A stretch of 64,000 bases of DNA from Paragordius varius (taxonomy: Eukaryota; Animalia; Nematomorpha). Of the stretch, positions 34,916 through 46,577 are shown piece by piece. Location of the stretch: positions 7,874,001-7,938,000 of the forward strand of contig OZ176055.1 in NCBI GenBank assembly GCA_964247055.1. The letters are read 5' to 3'. The notes beneath the pieces were generated by a model that did not search any database, was not told where the DNA came from, and saw only the letters and a list, made by a program, of their open reading frames with translations. Position numbers and translations under genes: made by a program. Position 1 is the stretch's first letter; every line of letters starts with the position of its first letter.

Positions 34916-37900
34916 TTATATTAAAGGATACCAAATGTTAACAAAATTATCATTAGGTCCGAGGACAATATCATCATAAAATGTTCTTTCTAACGTATCT
35001 TTAGGTGGTGTAAATGCATCCATTTGATTCATCATGTAAACTATGGATCGCAACTTTAATGTTTCATCTAACGATAATTTGCGTTTGGTTTGTTGATTTT
35101 CACCCTCATAAATTTTGTTCTGTTGATACTTGAGTAAGAGTGATTGTATAAATTGTACAAGGATAGAGTATTGTGGACTATCTCGTGAATGTGGTTTACA
35201 AATGTATAAATGATTACACGGTAATGAATAGAACTCACCGATGCCTGGGTCTAAAACAGAGGTAAATATACCATTTACAGTTTAAATTCACCTTTAAACA
35301 ATTCAAATTCACCCTCGAAAAAAACAATTATAAGTTTTCAAACTAATATAACTCATTATTATTATAAAATATATCTTTATGGCATAGTTTATTTTCATTA
35401 TTTTTATTTTAAACAAAATTTTATTTTTTAAAAATATATTAAAATATAAGTAATTTTTAATTTTAAAAACATATATTTTATTTGAGGGTGAATTTAAATT
35501 GTTCAAAGATGAATTTGAATTGGAGGGCGAATTTGAATTGTTCAAGGGTGAATTTGAATTTTAAATGGTATCTATAAAAAAAACCCAGTTTTGAAAATAT
35601 ATAACTTTTTTGTCTGTTTTATTGATTTTATTGAGCAAATTTTAAAATAAAAATAAATTTTAATTTTTAAAGTTTAATTATGGTGCGCCAAGATGAGTCA
35701 TTTAATACGATTTAAAAAAGTTTTAAAAGAAACTATATAGATAAAAATTTTATGAATTAGTTAAAAACCAAATAAAAAATTTTAAAAGGTATAAACTCTT
35801 AAGCATGCTCAATATAAAACATCACAGCATTTTTATAAATAATGATATATTTATAATAAAAAAACCTAAAATATAATAATTATAATATTTACTTGAGGAT
35901 TCCGTAGGTACAACCATTAATTTAATGTAGGAGTTAATGTTAATATTTTTAGTTTCTCCAAAACTTAGGCATGAAATTCCATTGTTTTGGACAACTTTAA
36001 CAAATTTTTCATTTAACTTTTTAAGTTCTGGGCAACCTAAATAAAAGAATAATTCTAAATTATAATAACATAACTTACATTTTAAAAGACAAAAATTTTT
36101 TAATTACAATATATTTGGGATCAATAGTAAAACTGGGATCAATAGTAAAACTAACCGTTATCAAAAAAGGAATGTAATCACGAGAAGGTTTTGTTTAAAA
36201 TTTCAAAGTTTAAAAAGTATATGGCTATCTTTATAGTTCAGTTTTAATGTTTTGCCTTTATACCTTAAATTTTTAGTGTAAAAAAGTCATTAAGAATTCA
36301 TGATATATATAAAAAATTTGCAAAAAAAGTGTGATAAATTTTACCCAAAATTAATTGTTGAACCTCTCGCGAAGGATAAAAGATAGGATGTGCTCTGCTA
36401 GTATATTTAGCTATAGGACTCCCCGCATGTGGTGTCGAATAAAACACAATACCCAAAGTATTATTTAGTAAAGTATTTTTATTGACATCAGTAGCGATTT
36501 GAGTTAACATGTGTTTAATTAGCAAACCTAATTTATTAAAAAAATTTTGATTATGTGATATGTTTTCATATTTATTAAGTTAAAAAATCTAAAAATTTTA
36601 AATGATATAGGAATGTTTTATCAAATGTGTTTAAGGTTAAAAAGGTAATTATATATATTTTTATCATAAAATTATTAATTAGATATAAAATACCTCCCAT
36701 TGAATGTGTAACAAATATTATAGGCCGATTTATCATTTCGTTTGAGGGATTCTAAAAATTTACATAATTGTAATAAACCATTTACATAAATTCACCTTTG
36801 AACAATTTAAATTCACTCTAAAAAACAATTATGTGTTTTCGAACTATTATAACTCATTATTAATATGAAATATATCTTTATGGCATAATTTATGATTTTC
36901 AGTATTATTTTAATTTAAAACATTTTTTTTTTAAAAAATACATAAAAATATAGGTAATTTTTAATCTTAAAAAACATATATATTTGAGGGTGAATTTAAG
37001 TCAAGGGTGAATTTGAATTTCGAGGGTGAATTTGAATTGTAATGGTATATTATATAAAAGAAAGAAATAAGTTTTATGACAAATTTATATGACAAAAAAT
37101 TGCAAAAACGTTACATTGAATATTGGTGTACGGGTCTGTACAATTTTCGTATAAATATCATGACTCCTGGCTTCTATGGTACGTTTATCCTCTTCGATAG
37201 GGAATTTAGGAGCCCATTCACTTAGGTAAGTTTCATAACTTACAAGCATAATCCGTAGATTGGGTATATCTTGGGCTAACCATTCCTTTATGCGCATTAT
37301 ATATATGAATTATAATGTGCCAAATTTAGGGTTAAAATTTTATTTTACATTTTATTTTTGATCTTTAATACTGCTTTCAGAATTAGAAATATTGAATTAA
37401 AAATTGAGTTTAGGCAGTCTAAATGTTTCTTAATTGCTTTATAAAATAATTATTTAAATATCAAAATGGTGAAAAATTTGGAAATCATAGAGTGACAAAT
37501 TTAGGGTAAGGAATTTAGGTTACATTTTATTTTTAATATTTAATACTGCTTTCAGGATTCGAAAAATTGAATTAAAAATTGAGTTTAGGCAGTCTAATTG
37601 TTGCATATTTGCCTTATAAAATAATTATTTAAATATCAAAATGGTGAAAAATTCGGAAATCATAGTGTGCCAAATTTAGGGTTAAGAATTTAGTTTACAT
37701 TTTATTTTTGATATTTAATACTGCTTGCTTTGAGAATTCGAAAAATTGAATTAGGTAGTCTAATTGTTACTTAATTGCCCTATAAAATAATTATTTTATA
37801 TATCAAAAGGGTGAAAAATTCAAAAATTAAAATATATAGTTAAATACATATATATATGAGCTTAGGTTCCATTATGTTTTGATATTTACAGAGTAAAACA

Positions 37901-40900
37901 TTTAAAATATAAACAAAAAAAAATCAAGAGTATTTATAAGAAATTGTGTAAAATTACTTATAATGCAAAATTACAGTCTTGTATCCTTTATTTTACTAAA
38001 AATTCTTTTTTTGCGTTAAATGGGTATAAATATTTGGTAAAGAATGAAAAACAAGAGCAGCTCTATGGTAATTCTAATACTTTTTTGATGAATATATGAT
38101 ATTGTTAATAGAGCTCTTGTTTTTTCCCCATTCTTTACCAAATATTAATAATGAAAATAAATAAATTTTTGATAAAATAAAGGATGCATGACTGTGAAAA
38201 ACATTTTATCATATCATATATGGCATATACTTTAGGCCAACAAATTTGTTTGATATGAGGTAAGGGTTTACGAGCATCCCTTAACCGTTCCACATCTATA
38301 ACGGATTGCGGTCTATCCGCTCTACGCCAAGTTTTAAATGGGTTTCCCATTAGCCCATGAATAAAGTAAATATCAGCAAAACGAGAAGCTAGGAATGTAT
38401 TGAATGATTTTTTCCTCTCCTCATTTGCTAAAATTGAATTTTGACATTTTTTTTCCTGGGAATAAGATTTTGACCGTAAAAATGGGTTAAATACTGCAAA
38501 TTTGGATGTGGTGGTGGTGAGTGCTTCATTCTCGAATAAAAAAACGCGTGAAAAATATATATGCTATAATACATTTTTTTTAATATCTATCTATCTATTT
38601 GGTTGCTTTTCACTATTTATAGAATGGAAAAAAAGTACACATCAATATTTAAAATGTATTTTTATTGGGAGAAAAATTCAAAAGAGTGTATTTAAAGATT
38701 AAATCTATTGTTACATAGAAAAAAACTAAAGATTTTAATTTTTTGATTAATGCCAACATCAGCAAATATAAAATTAAATCAAAATATTTTTGGTAAAATC
38801 TAACAACATTTCAAATTAAATGAATATAAAATACACCAAATATAAATTGAGATTATAAAAATTTTATATTTTATAATTATTTTCAATCAATTTAAAAATG
38901 TTGCTGATTAATAATTTGCCTATGTTTGCATCTAAACGCACCTATTAATTCAGCCTAATATATTGTCAAAAATATAATAAACCATTTACAGTTCAAATTC
39001 ACCCTTACACAATACAACTTCACCCTCCAACAATTCAAATTCACCCTAAAAATAAATTATGCGTTTTCGAAGTAATTAACTCATTATTAATATAAAATAT
39101 TATGGCATAGTTTATTATTTTTTCAGTATTATTTAAATTTAAACCAAAATTTTATTTTTTAAAAATATATTAAAATATAGGTAATTTTTTTTCTTAAAAA
39201 AACATAAATATTATTTAAGGGTGAATTTGAAATGTTCAAGGGTGAATTTGGATTGTAAATGGTATATAAAAAAGAACAAATATTTTTCCTTTTAGCCTTT
39301 CTTTATAATTCTATTTTTTCTGTATTATTAAATATATACTTGTTGAGTGGTTTTCTGTAATTCCGTCTCAACAGTTTCATTATTTATCAAAGATTTTGGC
39401 AGAACAAAAGATTTTACATAACTCATGATTTGACTAAATTTATTTTGTGAACTTTGAATGAGCGGATCTATGGGCTGAGATAAGGTTTGATGATTTGCTA
39501 AAAAATGACAAAAATTATATTATTATCCAATTTATGATTTATCAAAAAATATGGTTATGTATGAACTCATATTTTTTCTTTTTGAGTTTTTTCAATTTAG
39601 GCATAAATTGGATGTATACTTAAAGTTTATAAATATTTTCAAATAAATAAAATTTTAACAATTGCATATACTGTATAATAGTTTTTTATATAAATTACTT
39701 TAATTGGGGGGGTATAATTAAAATTTTGTTAAATTAAACTACATTTATATCATTAGCCAAGGTAAAAAGTCTTATATTAGTGCAAAAATACTGTTTAAGA
39801 TTATAAATTAATTTTGTAAAAAATAATGTTTTACAAAAATTACCAACCATAATATATAAAACACATATGAATTTATCAAAGCCCCATAAAAAACTATTTT
39901 TTTCATAAAACTCTATAAAAACATGTACATTTCTATGAAAAAAACTATTTTTTAATATCACAGAGTTAAAAAAACATTTAAATTATCTAAAAACACATAC
40001 ATTGTTGAAATAACGTATTTGCCATGGCTAATGATTCATCGTTAAGTTGGGTATGATATAGGGGCCAGCATTTATAAACACCGGGCGGGTAAACGAAACC
40101 CGTACGTCCCTGATCAAGGTTATGTAGAGCGCGGTAAGCTCTCAATGATAAACTTATACTCGGTGAATGGCTCCATCTATGTATAACACATAAAATATGT
40201 TTGTAAAATAATATTTATATAAACTATTTACAGTTCAAATTCACCCTCGAACAATTCAAATTCACTCTCGAACAATTTAAACCCTAAAAATAAATTTTGT
40301 GTTTTTTAAACTAATATGACTCATTATTAATATGAAATATATCTATATGGCATAGTTTATTATTTTTTCAGTATTTTAATTTTTATTTTTTTAAAATATA
40401 TAAAATTATTGGTAATTTTTAATCTTAAAAAACATATATTTTATTTGAGGGTGAATTTGAATTGTTCACGTATGAATTTGAAGTGTTTAAGGGTGAATTT
40501 AAATTGTAAATGGTATATACACAATTTTTCAGCAAAATAAAGATCATTTAAATCTAATTAACTAAAACCATTACCCATTGCGTTGTTGTTGGATAAAAAA
40601 AACCATTTATTTGTTAAAAAAACCGTTTATTTGTTAAAAATAGAGCATATGAGAAGGGGTGCTTAATATCGAGAAACAAATCTCCTTGTGAAATGGCGAC
40701 TATTATTTACATATTTATTGGCGTGACAAATAAGAAATTTTCCATCCAATATTGAAATAAATAATTGCGCATAAATAATATTATTATTATTTTAAAACAT
40801 GCATTCTGATAAATGGACAATGATTTTTTTCAAAGTGTCAACAATTATAATTGTTTTAAAATGTTTAAAATATAAAAACAAAGCCTAACACATTTGGACT

Positions 40901-43900
40901 AAAAAATAAATTGTGGTTTGACTGTAATATCTAATTCATCAGAATTAATGGTTAAAAAATATTTTAATATTATATTGAAAGCGACTAACTCAGCTAAAAT
41001 AGATAACCATCCCGAACGGTGTATATGAGAAGATAGATCTGGATACATACAAACATTCCCAATCAAATCAGCTATACGGCATTTTATATCGGCGTCATTT
41101 ACACTATCTACCCCATCTAAAATTAATGATGCAAAAAAAACATTTAAAACTTGTTTTGAATTATATGACATTTTTATCCATTTTCAAAATGATGATAATT
41201 GAAATGAGTTTATTGATTGATATAAATTGTTCAAACATAAATAATATCAATATTAACGATTATATATAATATATAGCAGGGGTATCCAACGCAAATGGCT
41301 TGAAGAGCCATATTTTCGACCTCAAGTGTCCGAAGAGCGACATTTGAATCTCAATATATATTAAGACATAAGTGTCAAATAAATTTGTTATATAAACATA
41401 TATACATGTGTGAGTTTCCTTATAAATATAACAAAATATGGAGATCATTATTATTAGCCTACCATTGCAATTAAAAGTCTCATCGTACTCTCCTATCCCG
41501 CAATTAATGGCTTTATGAAACGAAAACTTTAAAATGCCAGACAGACAATTGTGAATTTCGATTATTAATGCCCTATATTCTGGCTAATGAATATAAAGGA
41601 GATTGGATAATTGGCTTGATCTAAGTACAATAGGTTGCCATCTTCGTGGTGACTTAAGTTCTCTGTTTTCTCTTGTACCAACTATAATTAATCTTTAATC
41701 TTTAAATATAAATACAAACTCCTAACTTAGAGTGTTTACCCGTGTTCACTATGGGTGATGACTAATGAGTCTATAACAAAGACGAAATGCGTCTTAAACT
41801 ATGACACGTGGTAAACACTGTCATCTCAAAATTTTCGTTTCATAAAACCACCACTTGCTCGCCATAAGAAGTACTGACTTCCAATAGCAATTGTAGGCTA
41901 ATAATAATGATCTCTATATTGTGTTGTGTTAATATAAAGATGGCGCTTTCCGCAATATTTATAATATACTTTAGGGTTTAAATATATATTATCAAAATTG
42001 GCTGTGTGCAAAATTGGTTGTTTTACCTAAAAATATTTTAAATTATATTTCTTTTGTTATCCAATATATATCAAGGGATTTCATATACATCCTTATCGAC
42101 AGATTTTCATTGATTTTTCAATGTTATCTTAGTAATTTAAATTACACAATTTTTAATCTGAAATAATTAAAAAATAAACCATCGTCAGTACAGGGTAAAA
42201 CAAGAGTATCAATAGCAGTGTCCACAATTTAAGATTCCAGGTAAAAAATTCATATGGCTAGATTTATCACTAGACACGATCAAAAATATTAAATAATATT
42301 TTAGTAAAATAAAAAATTTATAACTTTGTTAAAAAATATATAAGTAATTTAATGTTAATACAAAAGTTAAACTTAAATTTTGGCGCACATTATACGGATT
42401 TTCATCAAGTATTTTTTATGTTACTAATATAAAGAGCTAAATTTAGTTGGATTTACTAAATTAACGTTTATTTTAAATCTATACATTAATATTGAGCCAA
42501 AATTTCCAAATAATATTTATTTAATATTATATATAGGTTTTATAATTTTTGATCAAGTATTATGCAAATAAATTGATTTTTTCCGAATATAACCATATAT
42601 GGAAAAAGTCAAAAAAATAATTTTCTACATTTACAATTTTTTTATCCTTATATTTTTGGGATGTATATGTCACAACGGTCATATTAAGCTAGGTGTGATA
42701 TCTTGAGAAAATTTGTTGCACACTGTGCTAATATGTGTTTAAACAAAAAAATACATGGACAAATAAAAACATAATTAAATTATATCTCCCATTGATGAAA
42801 GCACAAATATATGTTATATCACAATGGATTCTATGGGAGTTGATAAATTTTTTCACAGAAGACAAATTAAACTTACCCCACTTAAATTGGTGCTGTGTTT
42901 AGCATGCAATTTTTACATATATATATAAAAGACTATATAAGAAATATATGTATGGGTTATTGTATTAAATCCGACGTCTTACTATACAATAGTTTCATTT
43001 CACGCCTTGTTTCACAAGGATTTGCACATGAGTTTATTATTATATTTTGTGTGAACCCATATTTGGATTCCCAATCCAGATTATATTTTTTAATAACTTT
43101 TTTAGATTTATGCGTGTAGTTTATATTTTCTGACTTTATAATAATTTACTACATACATCCCGAGGGTAACAATCGCGTGGGTAGACCAACTTTTAACTGA
43201 ACAATAAATAATGAATTGAGTGTTGCCAACATTGATGATAAAGCCAGCTTCTATACCGATACAATGGGTCATTACACAAAAACGATACTCATCAAAAATG
43301 ATCTATAAAAATTAAGTATCAAATTTTCGAATACGTAATTTTTAAATCCAATAATATGGGTATTCCCATATTTATAATGGGACTGTGGTTTTCAGATATA
43401 CCATTTGCACTTTAGGAGTTTCCTTGAACACTTCATGTTGGTCCTTGAGCAATTTAAGTTGGTCCTTGAACACTTCAAGTTGGTCCTTGAACACTTCAAT
43501 TTGGTCCTTGAACATTTCAAGTTGATCCTTGAACATTTTAAGTTGGTCCTTAAACATTTCATTGGTGCTTAAAATTTGTAAATTTTGATTTAACCATAAT
43601 TTTTGCATTTATTTTTTATTTTATTATTTAATAACCTAATTTTCTTTATTTACTATATATTTATTCATTTAAAAATATAAATTTTTATTGAAAACCCACT
43701 TTTTTTGTTTCAAATTATTTTTTTTCGATCGAACCAAATTTTTAATAAAAACTTTAATTAATAACCCAGAAAACTTATATATTTCATTTCGTGTTAAAAT
43801 CTTATAAAAATCCAAAATTATTTTAGAAATTAATAAAGATATACAGTTTCTCAAAGATTAAAAGTTGATATCGATTAAAAATTTATGTTAAATAATAGAA

Positions 43901-46471
43901 ATTAGGTTAAAAACAATAAAATAAATAAATTATTTACGATTTGATTGATATAAGTTAAAAATAAAACAAAAAAGTCAAAGGACCAACTTAAACTGTTCAA
44001 GGACCAACTTGAACTGTTCAAGGACCAACTTAAACTGTTCAAGGACCAACCTGAACTGTTCAAAACTTGAAGTGTTCAAGGACACTCTTGAAGTGCAAAT
44101 GGTAAATATGACTTTTTTCACTAAATAATTAAGCAATTATTCTAAATAATTTCAGGCTGTTAAAAATAAATGAAATGAATGTAAGGATAAATAATAAAAA
44201 AATATTATAAAATATTTTATGTAAATCAATTAAATTTTTTACATTTAAAATTTTTTTTACATAGCCACTCAAAAATTAAACTTTTGCCATGAAACTATTT
44301 TTTTCAAATTTTCTTAAAAGAACCACTCAAAATCTTCAAAGAGCCACAAATTGCTCAGGAACCACCCGTTGAACACCCCTGATATATAGCCTACTTTTTG
44401 ATATTTTGCTTATAGGTTATATTTTTTCCAATTTCCAAATTAATTAATTTACTAATTTTACCTATTCTTTCGCTAATAGATTTTAGCTCATACAATGTAA
44501 TAAAAAAATTAAAATAAATCCTACCATTAGTGCTAGTTAATTGTTCATATACGGGCATTTTGGCTTCGTTAGAATTCGTAATAGTATTATTTAATTTTAA
44601 ACTATTGCTATTGTTATTATAATTTTGATTAACATTATCATTTTTGTTTAGAATGTTTTGCATGATTTGCAAACCCCGATTTTGGATAAATATGGAACAA
44701 TTCTCACGTCCTAAATCTGGAAATATATAATAAATTATAAAACATTGTTAAAAAGAAAAAAGTTGATGCAATCCATTGCTAATGTTAAAATATTTATAAA
44801 AAAAATTTATAAAAAAATACACTATTGAAATATGAAAAGTATTAATTTGTCAATACTGTATAAAATCTTTTCTTGTATTTATATCATCCTTTTAACTTTG
44901 TATTCAAAAATATTATATTTTGTCGGTTCCAATTAAATAAATCTAAGATTTATGAAATTTATAAAACTCAAACTAATAAGTGTAAAAAAACCTTTAGAAG
45001 AGGTGTGAATAAGTAGAGCTGATAATTGTTTCGCCTTCAAATTTATGGTATCATCTATGCCAGTTTTAACAATCGAGGCATCATAAACGCTCGGATCATG
45101 ATACAGGAAATCGGAATTGCCTTGAAACAGTGAAAAATCGCGGAAAACACTTAAAACCTCATCGGAATTGGGAGGTGGGAAATCTAAATTACAACATTAA
45201 AATATACGTAAAAAGGTAAAAAGTTTTTCCTATGTAAAAAAGTAAAGGTTAGCTATATATTCGATAGGAGTAATTTATTAAACCTACGTTACTTAAACCC
45301 ATATTTCAGACTGATTTTACGGGTTTTTTTTATAAAAAACGAGGAAATAAAAAATGGTTGATTTTTACTTTTAATATAACTCATCCACCTTCTAAAAATT
45401 ACTTTTATTGGTAAGTATAGTTAAAACTGTATCATATGAAAATTTATTGTAAATGTAAAATTCTAAACAAATTTGTTTAAATTTTGCAGACTTTTTACCT
45501 TATTTTTACCCGTGACATTTAGGAATATTTTAATATAGTAATTCCCTTAATATAAAATAATAATATAAAATTTAACTGTTAACTATAAAAATAATACTTA
45601 ACATGGCCCCCATAATATAGCATTTTACATTATTGTTTTTCTATAATGTACAACAAAAATTATTTATAAATGAAAAAAAAATTATCACACTCTCTAACAA
45701 GCCCGATAAATTTTCTGTGTCTTGTTCATAGAAAATGTTGGTTTTGTCGTCATTTGTGTCAAAACTTTTGAGCAAATTGTGAGTTGGTGGTTTTGTAAAA
45801 AGTCTGATATCAGAATCGTGAGAATAGTTGGCTAATATAATTTGGGATAAGAAATCGAGCGACTGTCTAACCTCTTGATATTGCCAATCTAATTAACACA
45901 GGAAAAAAAGATATTTATAATAAATAATATTTTAAATGAACAATAAAAATATGCGTGATAAAAAATAGATTTTATAAAACGTTTTATTCCTTAGAAATTA
46001 TTAATATAAATTAAATTAATTAGGAATCATAAAATGGATTATAAGTAAAACTGACACTAGCTTAAAATATTTTATCGGTCAAGATAATTCACTGCATTCT
46101 AATCTCTAAAAAAATTGTGACGCACATAAAGCAAAAACCTTGCCAATCATCTCCAATTTTTGCCAAACTTTTTATTCCCATGATCCTAATTTTGTAATCC
46201 TTGCTCCTAGTTAACTCCAATATAATGTAAGGGTCAAGACTTCTGGAATGAATGTAGGCAACAAACCGACCTAAAACACCTTAAAGACATAAAAATACCG
46301 ATTGGATTATAAAATTTAATGACATTTTTTATGTCAGTAATTGTCAAATTCTTGCAGGATTCAATAATTTTCTCATATTTCCCCGAAATTTGATGCGTAG
46401 CTAAAATTAAATATAGCCATACCTTTAGATAAATAATCGAAATATCGTAATTCTTTTTGATTATCATTCAT
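34916..46471 (-). CDS. SERAC1: SERAC1 (serine active site-containing protein 1; phosphatidylglycerol-remodelling alpha/beta hydrolase)
   Basis: 15 phase-consistent exons: 46471-46423, 46400-46299, 46270-46139, 45888-45691, 45183-44992, 44716-44525, 41116-40990, 40176-40001, 39497-39340, 38530-38231, 37285-37142, 36751-36694, 36527-36345, 36036-35893, 35250-34916. Motifs DWQYQ, RGLQIMQ, LIGNV..HIHRSGW, DIYFIHGLMGNPFKTWR, CWPKEWLAQD, RPIIFVTHSMGGLLIK, GIVFYSTPHAGS, NHLYICKP. The start codon is the least certain part. Confidence 0.92.
35267..35572. mobile_element. MITE family A copy 6
   Basis: Family A termini and repeats; about 15 nt from a SERAC1 acceptor. Confidence 0.88.
36774..37049. mobile_element. 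MITE family A copy 7
   Basis: Family A termini; occupies most of SERAC1 intron 36752-37141. Confidence 0.85.
37312..37826. repeat. 175-bp tandem repeat, about 2.9 copies
   Basis: caaatttaggg recurs at 37321, 37496 and 37671 with the full unit conserved. Confidence 0.9.
37972..38196. mobile_element. MITE family G copy 2
   Basis: tacagtcttgtatcc...ggatgcatgactgtg; homologous to 7168-7391. Confidence 0.75.
38978..39265. mobile_element. MITE family A copy 8
   Basis: Family A termini and 21-bp repeats. Confidence 0.88.
40220..40516. mobile_element. MITE family A copy 9
   Basis: Family A termini and 21-bp repeats. Confidence 0.88.
41430..41915. repeat. Degenerate long inverted repeat (MITE-like) inside the hAT
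   Basis: gagatcattattattagcctac and ttatgaaacgaaaa blocks at about 41432-41540 are mirrored at about 41810-41915. Confidence 0.65.
43397..44104. mobile_element. MITE family B copy 2, nested in the hAT
   Basis: tataccatttgcac + about 7 x 21-bp ttggtccttgaacacttcaag; right arm ggaccaactt repeats ending gaagtgcaaatggta. Confidence 0.9.
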
Positions 46472-46577
46472 ACTATAGTGTATATATCAATATTTAAGCC
46501 ATGAATATTTTTTTGAACCAATAAATTGAATAATAAAAAATACAGATGAGATCATGAGTGCTATTGATAGTTAGCTG

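Larger units (their letters stand above)
41277..44381. mobile_element. 3.1-kb hAT element with perfect 8-bp TSD in a SERAC1 intron
   Basis: caggggtatccaac / gttgaacacccctg TIRs; atatatag on both sides (41269-41276 and 44382-44389); aagagcca subterminal motifs at both ends. Confidence 0.88.

Noticed and set aside
36117-36152. 18-bp direct tandem duplication (also about 20-bp duplications near 21210 and 40600)
   Set aside because: Ordinary slippage duplications in introns.
41463-41681. Apparent extra SERAC1 exons with a 45-nt intron
   Set aside because: No SERAC1 similarity; they lie in an inverted repeat inside a TSD-bounded hAT; exon 44716-44525 splices in phase directly to 41116.
43372-43608. 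Heptad FKDQLEV ORF resembling a leucine zipper
   Set aside because: It is the translation of the family B MITE 21-bp repeats.
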